From a virus (taxonomy: Duplodnaviria; Caudoviricetes): DNA of 64,000 bases. This document shows, piece by piece, positions 26,321 to 35,016 of the stretch. The position numbers and the translations under genes are program-made. The DNA is taken from IMG/VR virus record IMGVR_UViG_2565956830_000008, positions 20,953-84,952 of that record; one strand, written 5' to 3'. Each line of letters begins with the position of its first letter. Position 1 is the first letter of the stretch. The notes under the pieces are model-generated. The model did no database searches. It saw only the letters and a program-made list of their open reading frames with translations, and was not told where the DNA came from.

Positions 26321-28042
26321 GGCGGCCAGCTCGTATCGGCTGATCGGCTCGCCCGTGATGGCTTCGACCAGCGCGCAGTACAGGACCTCAGCCACGGCCG
26401 GGGTCACCGCGTTGCCGAGCTGGCGGACCTGGTGCCGCTTCGAGCCCATGAGCTTGTACTTCGCCCTGAAGGCCATCGCCCTCGCGATCTCGTGGGGCTG
26501 GAGCATCCTGAACAGCACGTCGTCGATCTTGAAGTCGCGGCGGACCAGTGCGTACCGGTCGCGGGTGGGGAGCGCGCCGATCGGGTCGGTGACCGGCCGG
26601 GCCTGGCCGTTGCCGTAGTACGGGACGAGCAGGTGGTCAGGCTGGGTCACGAGCCCGTGATGGTTGCCGCCGGCCGTGACCGAGTGAAGCGGCATGCCGA
26701 GGTGCCGCGCCTTCTCCTTGTCGCCGCCGCCCCGCATGGGGATCACGAACGGCAGGTAGGCGAGGGCGGTCTCCAGGCGGGCCGTCTGGGTGCGCAGCGG
26801 GTCCTCCAGCCGCATGGGCTTCTTGCCGTCGCGGCCCTCGCACGGAATCAACAGCGGCGGGAACACGATGCCGTCGGTCTCCACGGTCGTCCGGGTGGGC
26901 ATCGGCAGGTCCAGGCCGATGGCCTTCTCCCGCCAGGTCCCGCCGGCCGGGACGAGGAGCGGGCCGCCCGGCATCCCCTGGGGTGCCTCGTCGACGTCGC
27001 CAAAGAGCGAGCCCTGCCCGTCGTCGAAGAAGTCCTCACCCCAGCCCCAATACTTGGCGCCTCCGGCCCGCACGCGGGCGATCGTGGCGGGGGCGAGGCC
27101 CTCGGGGCAGTCGTCGGTCTTGGACCGGTCGCCGATCGGCGTTCCCGCGATCGAGAAGTCGATGGCGGCCGCGGCGGGGAGCACGTAGGGCTCGACGATC
27201 GCGCGGCAGCCCGAGCGCGGGCAACGGAAGTCGTAGCTCTGCCGGTAGCGACCCATGTCCCGCTTCGGGTCGCGGAAGACCTGGACGGCGCGCACCTGTT
27301 CGTCGCAGTCGGCGCACCAGGCGTCGGGGCGCAGGACCCACTTGTCGAAGTCGGGGTCGCGGCCGAGGCTCTCGTGCCAGTACACGAAGTACAGGCGGTC
27401 ACGGCTTTGCGGTACACGGTCCAGGGTGCGCGGGACGACGTGCATCGAGTTGATCGCGAGGAGCTTCGTCCGGTACCCAAGCTTGTGGAACTCGCCGACC
27501 CACCGATCCCATTGGTCCCAGCCCCGGCAGTCTGTGACGTTCTCGACGACTCCGGCCAGGACCAAGCCGCCGCGGTTGATCACGCCCCGCAAATACATGG
27601 GGACTTCTTCCATGAGGGCGCGGCTGCGCTCCTCGGCGGCCCGGCGTTCCTTGTCGCTCTTGAACTCCGGCTCTTCGAAGTCGAAATCGCCCTGCATCGT
27701 GCGGTCGAAGTCGACCTTCACGCCCCGGGCCGCCGACCACTTCGGGCACTCCGGCGACGCCCAGAAGAGCTGGCAGACCGGCCACTTCTCGACCGGGGCC
27801 CGGCGGATGTCGCCCTTCCACAGGTCGCAGTTCGGGTTGTTCCACGCGTGCGTGGCGAGTGCGACGTCCCAGTGGTTCGCGCCTCTGGTGGTCAGCACGC
27901 CGGGGACCGCGTCCGCTCCCTGCGTGTCGCCGCCAGCACCGCAGAACCAGCTCATGGCGGTCAGCACGCTGCCGTCGTGCTTGTAGGCGCGGGCCGGACT
28001 GGCGGATGCCCAGGCGCGCGTGGTGGCGTCGATGTAGGGCAT
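26318..28042 (-). CDS. C5-cytosine DNA methyltransferase
   Basis: FCGAGG (I), SPEC (IV), VENV (VI), QSRDR (VIII), QLGNAV (X). Confidence 0.93.
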   Translation of the reverse strand: MPYIDATTRAWASASPARAYKHDGSVLTAMSWFCGAGGDTQGADAVPGVLTTRGANHWDVALATHAWNNPNCDLWKGDIRRAPVEKWPVCQLFWASPECPKWSAARGVKVDFDRTMQGDFDFEEPEFKSDKERRAAEERSRALMEEVPMYLRGVINRGGLVLAGVVENVTDCRGWDQWDRWVGEFHKLGYRTKLLAINSMHVVPRTLDRVPQSRDRLYFVYWHESLGRDPDFDKWVLRPDAWCADCDEQVRAVQVFRDPKRDMGRYRQSYDFRCPRSGCRAIVEPYVLPAAAAIDFSIAGTPIGDRSKTDDCPEGLAPATIARVRAGGAKYWGWGEDFFDDGQGSLFGDVDEAPQGMPGGPLLVPAGGTWREKAIGLDLPMPTRTTVETDGIVFPPLLIPCEGRDGKKPMRLEDPLRTQTARLETALAYLPFVIPMRGGGDKEKARHLGMPLHSVTAGGNHHGLVTQPDHLLVPYYGNGQARPVTDPIGALPTRDRYALVRRDFKIDDVLFRMLQPHEIARAMAFRAKYKLMGSKRHQVRQLGNAVTPAVAEVLYCALVEAITGEPISRYELAA

Positions 28043-28074
28043 GGGTGTGCTCCTTGCTGTGTGCTGGGGGGAGG

Positions 28075-28836
28075 TCAGAGGGAGGGCTGCGCGTCCGACT
28101 CGGACCAGCGGAGGAAGCGGCCGGTGCGGATGAAGTGGGCGCGGCTCTCAACGGATTCGAGGTCGTACTCGCCCCACACGCCCTGCTTGGGATCGCAGCC
28201 GCAGTCGCACGGCTTCTTCTCCAGCTGGTTGTCGCGGTTCAGCAGGCAGCCGGTGCACTCGAACTCGTGCCAGTCCATGACGGAGCCGCAGGCGCACCGC
28301 CAGGAGGCGAAGTGCCACGTCCATTCCCAGCCGCCGATGCCGTACAGGCCTTCGGCGTTGGGCTCGATGACGTCGGCCGCGTCCTCGTCCTCGGTGGTCT
28401 CCTCCACGTACATCCAGCGGATGTGCAGGACGACGGCCCGGGGCTCGCCCTCGCCGTCGGGTGCGATGGACTCCGGCTGCTCGCCGATGACCAGGTCGCT
28501 GCTGACTGCGGCCTTGGCGCCTTCGTTCAGCTGCTGCCAGCGGATGCGGACGACGACTGCTCGCGGCTCGTGCTCGCTGTCGGTGCCGCCCTCTATGACG
28601 TGGACGCTGGCGGCGCTGTCGGCGCGGCCGTCGATGACGTGGATGGTGTCAACGCTGTCGTGCCCGTACTCGTCGGCCATCTCGATCGTGCGGGCGGCGA
28701 GCTGGCGGGAGGTGTCGAGGGTGAAGTACGGGCTCAGCCAGCCGTTCCACCGGTTGCTGGGGTCGAGCTTGCAGTCATACGGGCCGAGGGTGTCGTCGAT
28801 GCAGACGCGGGTCTCGATCATCTGACGGTCGCTCAT
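28075..28836 (-). CDS. Hypothetical protein with internal duplication and Cys-rich tail
   Basis: Start MSDRQM; EPRAVV..IRW occurs twice; RWNGW..P.F and LYGIGGWEWTW motifs. Confidence 0.75.
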   Translation of the reverse strand: MSDRQMIETRVCIDDTLGPYDCKLDPSNRWNGWLSPYFTLDTSRQLAARTIEMADEYGHDSVDTIHVIDGRADSAASVHVIEGGTDSEHEPRAVVVRIRWQQLNEGAKAAVSSDLVIGEQPESIAPDGEGEPRAVVLHIRWMYVEETTEDEDAADVIEPNAEGLYGIGGWEWTWHFASWRCACGSVMDWHEFECTGCLLNRDNQLEKKPCDCGCDPKQGVWGEYDLESVESRAHFIRTGRFLRWSESDAQPSL

Positions 28837-28916
28837 GGTTCGGTCACTCCATCCGGGCATGGGTGACGGGCGGGACGCGGTGCGTCCCGCCCGTCGAAAA
28901 GGGCTGGTCAGGTGAG

Positions 28917-29336
28917 TTAGAAGAGGGAGGGCGGCGCGGCCTTCGGCTGGGCGCCGAGCTCGGGGATCTCCTCGCCGGTCTGCTCCAGCCACCACTTCGC
29001 GAAGTGCAGCCGGTGGCACCAGGCATCTGCCGGGCGCAGCTTGTCGAGGCGGTCGAAGCAGAGCAGCACCAGGCGGGCGCCGCCGTTCCGCGCGACCAGG
29101 CCGGCCAGCTCGGCGTAGATGCGGTCGATGCCGTGGGCGTTCAGGAGGCGCCGGTAGCTGAACTCGTACGCGTCTTCGGGCAGGTTCTGGGCGAGCAGCT
29201 CGCGGGTCGGCGTGATGAGCGTGGCCTGGCCGACCAGCTGGTAGCCGAGCGGGAAGCGCGGGTGGCCCGCAGTGGTGCGGATCGGAGCGCCCATGTCGGG
29301 CGTGAACTCCTGGTAGGTGCAGGTGGCTAGTTCCAT
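28917..29336 (-). CDS. DUF488-like protein
   Basis: LVLLCFD...WCHR..FA.W. Confidence 0.65.
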   Translation of the reverse strand: MELATCTYQEFTPDMGAPIRTTAGHPRFPLGYQLVGQATLITPTRELLAQNLPEDAYEFSYRRLLNAHGIDRIYAELAGLVARNGGARLVLLCFDRLDKLRPADAWCHRLHFAKWWLEQTGEEIPELGAQPKAAPPSLF

Positions 29337-29403
29337 TCCCGTCCTTTCCGGGTGTGGGTTGGTGGTGGAGTAGGGGGCCGCCTGGGCGGCCCCCTACGGG
29401 GTG

Positions 29404-29631
29404 TCAGCCGTTGCAGATGCAGGTCTCGCGATTGAAGGGCTCGGTGCCGTAGAGCCGGTTCGAGAGCCGCATGATCTTGCTGAAGAGCTGGCAGAGGTCC
29501 GCGTTTTCGTCCTGCCTCTCTTGGGTGGCGAGGGTGTTGCGGAGCCAGGGGAGGATCAGGGCCATTTCCTCTCGGGTGAGGACGAAGAGATCCCCGTTGT
29601 TGATCTTCTGAGTGATGTCCGCGTTTTCCAT
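29404..29631 (-). CDS. Hypothetical protein
   Basis: 75 aa, first gene after repeat R3. Confidence 0.65.
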   Translation of the reverse strand: MENADITQKINNGDLFVLTREEMALILPWLRNTLATQERQDENADLCQLFSKIMRLSNRLYGTEPFNRETCICNG

Positions 29632-29659
29632 GGCCCTGCCCTTTCCTGGGGGTGGTTTG

Positions 29660-29749
29660 TGGCGCTCCTCTCATTCTTTCCGAATCAGCTCAACCTAGCC
29701 AGTTTTGATAACCTGATTAGGCAAAGAAGGGCAAAAGAAGCACTGGTCA
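29660..29749 (-). repeat. Repeat R3 (diverged)
   Basis: tcattctttccgaatcagctcaacctagccagttttgataacctgattagg...ggtca. Confidence 0.85.
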
Positions 29750-30574
29750 GGTGAGGGCGAACAGGTCGAGCTGCCGGGGCTGCCGCTGCCACCAGCCGTG
29801 GGTGGGGAGCGGCCCGCCGGACTCGGCGTCGACGACCAGGAGGACCGTGCGCACGCTCGTTCCGGACGGCGCGAACGACTCGTCGGGCAGCGGGGCGAAC
29901 GTGCCCTCGGCGAGGGCGATCAGCTCGCGGAACTCGACCGTGGCGCGGTCGCTGTGCCACATCACCGACTCGGGCAGGACCGCGACGAGCGTGCCGCCGT
30001 CGTCGAGGAAGCCCATCGCGTGCTTCACGTGCTGCACGGCCGCCGCGAACGGCGGGTTCATCAGCACCCGGCGGTAGCCATGGGGGCAGTCGAGCGGGTC
30101 CAGGTCGAGAAAGTCCGCCTCGACCACGCGACGGGCGGCGCCCTGCTCACGGAGGACGCGGACCCGCCGCTCGTCGATCTCGACGCAGTCGACGACCCCG
30201 CCGCACTCGACGGCCGGCCCCACGATCGAGCCGGTACCAGCCGACGGCTCCAGGACGCTCATGCCCTCGCGGACGCCCGCGTGCGCCAGCATGTCGTCGA
30301 CCACGCGCGGCGGTGTCGGGTACCAGCCCTGTTCGAGCCGGCTGGGGAACTCGCGGGTGGCGAGGCACGCCCGCATGTACTCCTCCACCGGGAACGGGAA
30401 GACGTGGGCGCGCACCGCTTTGCGGCCGTCCCACCGTCCGCCGATCTCCTTCAGGATCTTGTTCACCTGCTCGTACGTGGGGCGGTCCAGGTCGAACGGG
30501 ATCTGCACCCGGTCGTCGGCGATGACCGTACGGGCGTCGGTGAGGACGTCGTAGACGCCGCTTGGGATCTCCAT
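29747..30574 (-). CDS. Amino (N6-adenine-type) DNA methyltransferase
   Basis: YPTP, LEPSAGTG (I), VEID, MNPPF (IV). Confidence 0.9.
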   Translation of the reverse strand: MEIPSGVYDVLTDARTVIADDRVQIPFDLDRPTYEQVNKILKEIGGRWDGRKAVRAHVFPFPVEEYMRACLATREFPSRLEQGWYPTPPRVVDDMLAHAGVREGMSVLEPSAGTGSIVGPAVECGGVVDCVEIDERRVRVLREQGAARRVVEADFLDLDPLDCPHGYRRVLMNPPFAAAVQHVKHAMGFLDDGGTLVAVLPESVMWHSDRATVEFRELIALAEGTFAPLPDESFAPSGTSVRTVLLVVDAESGGPLPTHGWWQRQPRQLDLFALT

Positions 30575-30624
30575 CGGTCTCCTCCTGGAGGGATAGGGGT
30601 CTGGCTGCGTGAACGGGGCTTAGA

Positions 30625-30924
30625 TCAGTAGAGGTGGCCGACGATCTCGGCGACCGCGCGCGCGACGGTGTCGAGGTCGTCGGTCGGCTTGACCGGCAGC
30701 GGCAGGGCGTCGCCGAGCTGGTCGTTGCGGACGAACAGCTCGCCGGTCGGGTTGGCGCCGATCGTGAAGGGGGTGCCGTCCCAGGCCCGGAGGTGGCCGG
30801 TGGTGGCCCACGGGCCGGGCTCGGCGCCCCACTGGTCGCCGCAGTGCTCCAGGGCGGCCTTCGCGACGTCGTACGGGGTGAAGGTCGGCACGGGGTGGTT
30901 GTGGAAGCTGACGGGTCGCTTCAT
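30625..30924 (-). CDS. Hypothetical protein (99 aa)
   Basis: Start MKRPVSF with AAGGAG RBS. Confidence 0.75.
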   Translation of the reverse strand: MKRPVSFHNHPVPTFTPYDVAKAALEHCGDQWGAEPGPWATTGHLRAWDGTPFTIGANPTGELFVRNDQLGDALPLPVKPTDDLDTVARAVAEIVGHLY

Positions 30925-30992
30925 GGCTTGGTCTCCTTGGAGGGTTGAAGGGGGCGCACCGCAGGGCGCGGTGCGCCGTAGAGGGGGCGAGG

Positions 30993-32165
30993 TCAGGCGG
31001 CGGCCTCGGCGTCCGGGTTGACGGTCAGGCCGCTGGCGCGGACCTCGGCGACCATCTCGGCCTTGCGGAGGTTCGCCATCGCCTTGGTCGCGATGTCCTG
31101 GAGGTGCTTGATGCGCAGGCGGTGACCGCCGATGCCGCCGGGGGTCCCGGCGAGCAGCAGGGCCAGCTCTTCCTCGTCGGTGGCCGCGAGCAGCGACAGG
31201 ATCTCTCCGGCCTGGCCCAGCTTGTCGATCTTCCCGACGAGCTTGCTGCGGTCGGCGACGATCCGCTCCCGCTCCTCCTCGGGGAGGTCGAGGGTGCCCG
31301 GCAGGGCGTCCTGCCCGTTGTCCTTGCGGGCTGCGGTCGCCTCCTCGGAGAGGACGAAGAACGATCCCTGGTCCTCCTGGCGCCTCTCCTCGTCGTGGAG
31401 GGCCTGCGCGAAGGCCTCCGCGTCGCGGGCGCTCTTGAAGTCGCCGCGCACCCAGCGGCCGAGGAACCGCACCTGGTTCTGGTTGGACAGCTTCCCGACG
31501 TACCAGGCGAGGCCGACCGGCAGCTGGTTCTTGACGAGGGCTTCCTGGGCCTCCGGGCACAGGCGCAGCAGGTCGATCCGCCACTGGACGTACGCGGCGC
31601 TCTTGCCGACCAGCTCGGAGACCTCGTCGACCGTGTAGTCGGCGTCGACCAGCTTCTTGAAGGCCTTCGCCTCTTCGACGGCCGTCATGTCCGCGCGGCC
31701 GACGTTCTCGGCGACGGCCATGGCAAACGTCTCGCGGCCCTCGCCGACGCCGTGCATGACGACGGCCTTCATCGTGGGGAGCTCGGCGATCTGAGCGGAA
31801 CGCCACCGGCGCTCACCCATGATCAACGTGTACCGCTTCGTCTCCGGTATGTACCGGACGGTGATCGGCTGGAGCTGGCCGAGCTTCTCCATGGACTTGG
31901 CCAGCTCGCGAAGCGCGGCCTCGTCGAAGTGCTCGCGGGGCTGACCCGGGTCGCGGTCGATCTTGTTGGTAGGGATCGTGCGGAGCTGCGTCCGCTGGCC
32001 GTCGCCGGCCTGCTGGGCGGTCTCCTTCTTCGCCGGGGCCGCCTTGGTCGCCTCGGTCGCCTTTCTCGCGGGCTTCTTCGCGGCCGGGGCCTTCCGCGCG
32101 GGCGCCTTCTTCGCGGGGGCCTCGGTGGCGGTCGCGGTGGTGGCCTCAGTGGCGGTGGCGGTCAT
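30993..32165 (-). CDS. ParB/RepB/Spo0J-family protein
   Basis: QPR..FD...L.ELA.S....G.LQPI.VR, GERRWR.A, EN..R.D, HTH; no parA in window. Confidence 0.92.
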   Translation of the reverse strand: MTATATEATTATATEAPAKKAPARKAPAAKKPARKATEATKAAPAKKETAQQAGDGQRTQLRTIPTNKIDRDPGQPREHFDEAALRELAKSMEKLGQLQPITVRYIPETKRYTLIMGERRWRSAQIAELPTMKAVVMHGVGEGRETFAMAVAENVGRADMTAVEEAKAFKKLVDADYTVDEVSELVGKSAAYVQWRIDLLRLCPEAQEALVKNQLPVGLAWYVGKLSNQNQVRFLGRWVRGDFKSARDAEAFAQALHDEERRQEDQGSFFVLSEEATAARKDNGQDALPGTLDLPEEERERIVADRSKLVGKIDKLGQAGEILSLLAATDEEELALLLAGTPGGIGGHRLRIKHLQDIATKAMANLRKAEMVAEVRASGLTVNPDAEAAA

Positions 32166-32196
32166 AGCGCGTCCAATCGCTAGATGTGGGGTGGTT

Positions 32197-32287
32197 TGAA
32201 CTACTTTCATTCTTTCCGAATCAACTTGCCCTAGCCAGTTTTAACAAGCTGATTCAGCAAAAGAACTTCTAAGAAAACCGCAGGTCA
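32197..32287 (-). repeat. Repeat R4
   Basis: tgaactactttcattctttccgaatcaacttgccctagccagttttaacaagctgattcagcaaaagaacttctaagaaaaccgcaggtca. Confidence 0.92.
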
Positions 32288-32782
32288 GCAGCCACATTCG
32301 CCGCTCGCGGCGGGCACCTGGAAGCACTTCGTGCAGGTGTTAGCGCGGACTGCAGCGGCCTTCACCTCGTTGCGGGCCCGGCCGCGCTCGCGGTTCACGA
32401 ACTCGACCTTCCCGTTGTAGTCGCTCACGCGCTCCTCGAACCGCTGCTGTGCGACCCACTCCTGGGCGCTGCGCTCGCGGCGCTCCGCAGGCGCCATCGC
32501 GGCGTCGGCCGCCAGGGCGGCGCGCAGGCCGGCCTCCACGTCGGCGAGCTGGTCGGCGAACAGCCCCCAGTCGACCGTCGGCCGGGCGGCTGCGGCGATC
32601 CGGCCCGCGACCGCACGGAGCACGTTCCGGTCGAGTACGTCGCGCGTCACGGCCCGGCGGACGTCGATCGCCCAGGCGGTGTCGCCCTGGCCGACCAGGC
32701 GCCGAGAGAGGTCGAGCACGTCGCCGGCCTCGCCGATCTCGGCAATCAGCTCGATCTCCTCGATGATGCTCGCGACGTTCAC
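32285..32782 (-). CDS. Hypothetical protein with C-terminal CxxC...C-C motif
   Basis: Single gene between R4 and R5; CTKCFQVPAASGECGC. Confidence 0.78.
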   Translation of the reverse strand: MNVASIIEEIELIAEIGEAGDVLDLSRRLVGQGDTAWAIDVRRAVTRDVLDRNVLRAVAGRIAAAARPTVDWGLFADQLADVEAGLRAALAADAAMAPAERRERSAQEWVAQQRFEERVSDYNGKVEFVNRERGRARNEVKAAAVRANTCTKCFQVPAASGECGC

Positions 32783-32817
32783 TGCGCTCTCCTCTGGCCG
32801 TAGCTTGTGGGATGGTT

Positions 32818-32907
32818 TGAACTACTTTCATTCTGTCCGAAATGGCTTGCCCTAGCCAGTTTTGACAAGCCAATTCGGCAAAGGAACTTCTAAGAAACCC
32901 CAGGTCA
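32818..32907 (-). repeat. Repeat R5
   Basis: Same consensus; arms ccgaaatggcttg/caagccaattcgg. Confidence 0.92.
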
Positions 32908-32968
32908 GAGGCGATGCATGTCCTCTACTACCCCGGCTTTTCGGCGAGCATCGCCGCCATCTCCTAGA

Positions 32969-34015
32969 TCAGGCGGCCTTGGAGGCGGTGCTCACGAGTT
33001 GCTCGACGCGGCCGATGGCGTACGCGATCGCCGCGTTGGCCTGGACGTCGTCTCGCCGCTCGACCATGGCCCTGCGGTGCTCGATGGCCCGGGGCCACAG
33101 GTCGCCCTCATGGAGGGTGTCGCCGCAGGCGACCATGGCCTTCGCACCGAGGCCCCAGACGATCATGTTGACGGCGCACCCGGCCGCAGCGATGGGGTCG
33201 ATCTCCTGCGCGAACCACGTGTAGTTCGCGGGGTCCAAGCCCATGGAGCGCAGGTGCTGGGCACCGGACCGGAACATGCCGCCGGTGCCCGCGCACGGGT
33301 CGAGGAACGAGTAGCCGTCGTGGATCTCGCCCGGGTCCCGGCCGATGATCTGAGCGGCCATCATGTCGCAGACCTCCGGCGGGGTGTGGTACTCGCCGAG
33401 GCCCTCGCGGGCCGACTTGTGCCGCAGGTTGGTGACCGTCCAGGACATGAGGTCAACCCAGGTGTTCATCTCGGGGTCTGCGTGGCCGGTGTGGTCGAGG
33501 GCGTTGGCATCCAGGGCCGCGTGGAACGTGTCGCGTACGGCGTTCAGCTCCTGCCTGGTGATGTCCCCTTCCGCCCAGGAGAACAGTGCCGAGGCGGTGT
33601 CGATGAGGTCGGGGCGGCGCAACCACCAGTAGGCGGCGACCTCGCGGACACACTGGAGCAGTTGGGGGGCGTCAAGGCCGCGGAAGAACTCGGCCAGGGT
33701 GCGCGCGTAGCCCTTCTGCGGCCACAGGGCGAGGGTGGCGACGACGCCCATAGGGATCTCCATCCGTGTGCCGCCGTAAGCGCGGTACCAGGCGGACGAG
33801 ACGGCCTCACCGAAGGTGGCGCCATCGGCGGGGTTCAGCGTGTACTCAAGACGGCGTCGGCGCTCGGGACGCTCCGGGGTGCTGGCCGGCTGCGGGGGCT
33901 TGGGCGGGGCAGGCGCCCACTGGCCCGCCGTCGGCTTGGGGAGAGTGATCGAGGCCTGGGGCTTGGGGGGTTCCGGCTCGTTGCCGAGCTCGGCGAACAG
34001 GTCGAGTTGCTCCAC
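32969..34015 (-). CDS. N-6 DNA methylase-like protein lacking visible catalytic motif IV
   Basis: GEYHTP, DPCAGTG, QEID, GDTL, then ends without NPPY/F. Confidence 0.82.
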   Translation of the reverse strand: MEQLDLFAELGNEPEPPKPQASITLPKPTAGQWAPAPPKPPQPASTPERPERRRRLEYTLNPADGATFGEAVSSAWYRAYGGTRMEIPMGVVATLALWPQKGYARTLAEFFRGLDAPQLLQCVREVAAYWWLRRPDLIDTASALFSWAEGDITRQELNAVRDTFHAALDANALDHTGHADPEMNTWVDLMSWTVTNLRHKSAREGLGEYHTPPEVCDMMAAQIIGRDPGEIHDGYSFLDPCAGTGGMFRSGAQHLRSMGLDPANYTWFAQEIDPIAAAGCAVNMIVWGLGAKAMVACGDTLHEGDLWPRAIEHRRAMVERRDDVQANAAIAYAIGRVEQLVSTASKAA

Positions 34016-34133
34016 GGGTACCTCCGTCGGGGATGGGACCGGCCCGGTACCAGGCGCGCTCGGGGGGCGCTCGGTACCGGGCCGGGGTGGGTTGGGTTGG
34101 GTGGCCCGGCGGTTACCGCCGGGCCGGGATGGG

Positions 34134-34655
34134 TCAGGGGCGGGGCATGCGGGCGCGTACCTCTTCGGCCGTCATGCGGGCGGTGATCTGGTCCACGACC
34201 GACTGGATGTCGTCGAGGTCGACGACGGGGTGCCAGGCGCCGAGGAGGTACACCCAGTCACCGAGGCTCAGGCCGTGCTCGTACGTCTTGGCGGGCGCCT
34301 CCTCGAAGGCCTCGGTGGCGTCCAGAAAGGCGCGGCAGCCCGCGTATTCGAGACGCTCGGCCTCGTTGGTGAAGGGGCAGGAGCTGGAGCCGGGGCCGGT
34401 CTTGCGGACCTTGGCTTCGAGCCGCTTGCGGAGAGTGGTGAAGGCCTTCCCGAAGTCGCCGCCTTCGGCGTCCTCCAGGAGCATCCGGTACGGGAGGGCG
34501 TTCGCGGCCTCGTCCACGACCTTGCGCATTGCGCTGGGCTGGACGCCCTGGGCCATGTCGCGGAGGGACTCGGCAAGGGTGTCGCGTGCGGCCTTCTCTC
34601 GGGCGATCGCCTTGTTCGCGAGGGTCGTGAGGGTCTGGATGGTCTCGGCGTTCAT
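34134..34655 (-). CDS. Hypothetical protein
   Basis: 173 aa, first gene after R6. Confidence 0.75.
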   Translation of the reverse strand: MNAETIQTLTTLANKAIAREKAARDTLAESLRDMAQGVQPSAMRKVVDEAANALPYRMLLEDAEGGDFGKAFTTLRKRLEAKVRKTGPGSSSCPFTNEAERLEYAGCRAFLDATEAFEEAPAKTYEHGLSLGDWVYLLGAWHPVVDLDDIQSVVDQITARMTAEEVRARMPRP

Positions 34656-34687
34656 TTCGCTGCCTTTCGCGGCTTGTTGGTGCGTTT

Positions 34688-34778
34688 TGAACTACTTTCA
34701 TTCTTTCCTAAATGATTTTCCCTAGCCAGTTTTAACAATCTAATTCAGCAAAAGAACTTCTAAGAAACCAGCAGGTCA
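34688..34778 (-). repeat. Repeat R6
   Basis: Same consensus, weaker hairpin. Confidence 0.9.
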
Positions 34779-34783
34779 GAGGC

Positions 34784-34975
34784 CTATATGCGGTACCCCT
34801 TCCTCCGCAGGTCGGCGAGCTTGTTGTCGAGGCCCTGCCCTGCCGGGTCCGAGGTGGGGAGCCAGGCCAGAGGCTTGCCCGGCTCGGTGACGCGCCACCG
34901 GCTTCCCCTCTTGATCACCTCCGCGCCCTGCCCTCGCAGCTTGGCCACCAGGGCGTCCACCTTCTTCGACGTCAT
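34784..34975 (-). CDS. Small basic protein, HicA-like pattern
   Basis: 63 aa; L...L..QG..V...GSRW.V...G pattern; GAAGGA RBS. Confidence 0.6.
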   Translation of the reverse strand: MTSKKVDALVAKLRGQGAEVIKRGSRWRVTEPGKPLAWLPTSDPAGQGLDNKLADLRRKGYRI

Positions 34976-35016
34976 GTGCTGATTCCTTCCTTCATGGGTT
35001 GCGGGCGGTTCGGGGG

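Noticed and set aside
32165-32210. Conserved ATG in the repeats as a shared N-terminal leader (MKVVQ...)
   Set aside because: In frame with the downstream gene in some copies (R2, R4, R7) but not others (R1, R5, R6); downstream ATG/GTG starts mostly have their own RBS
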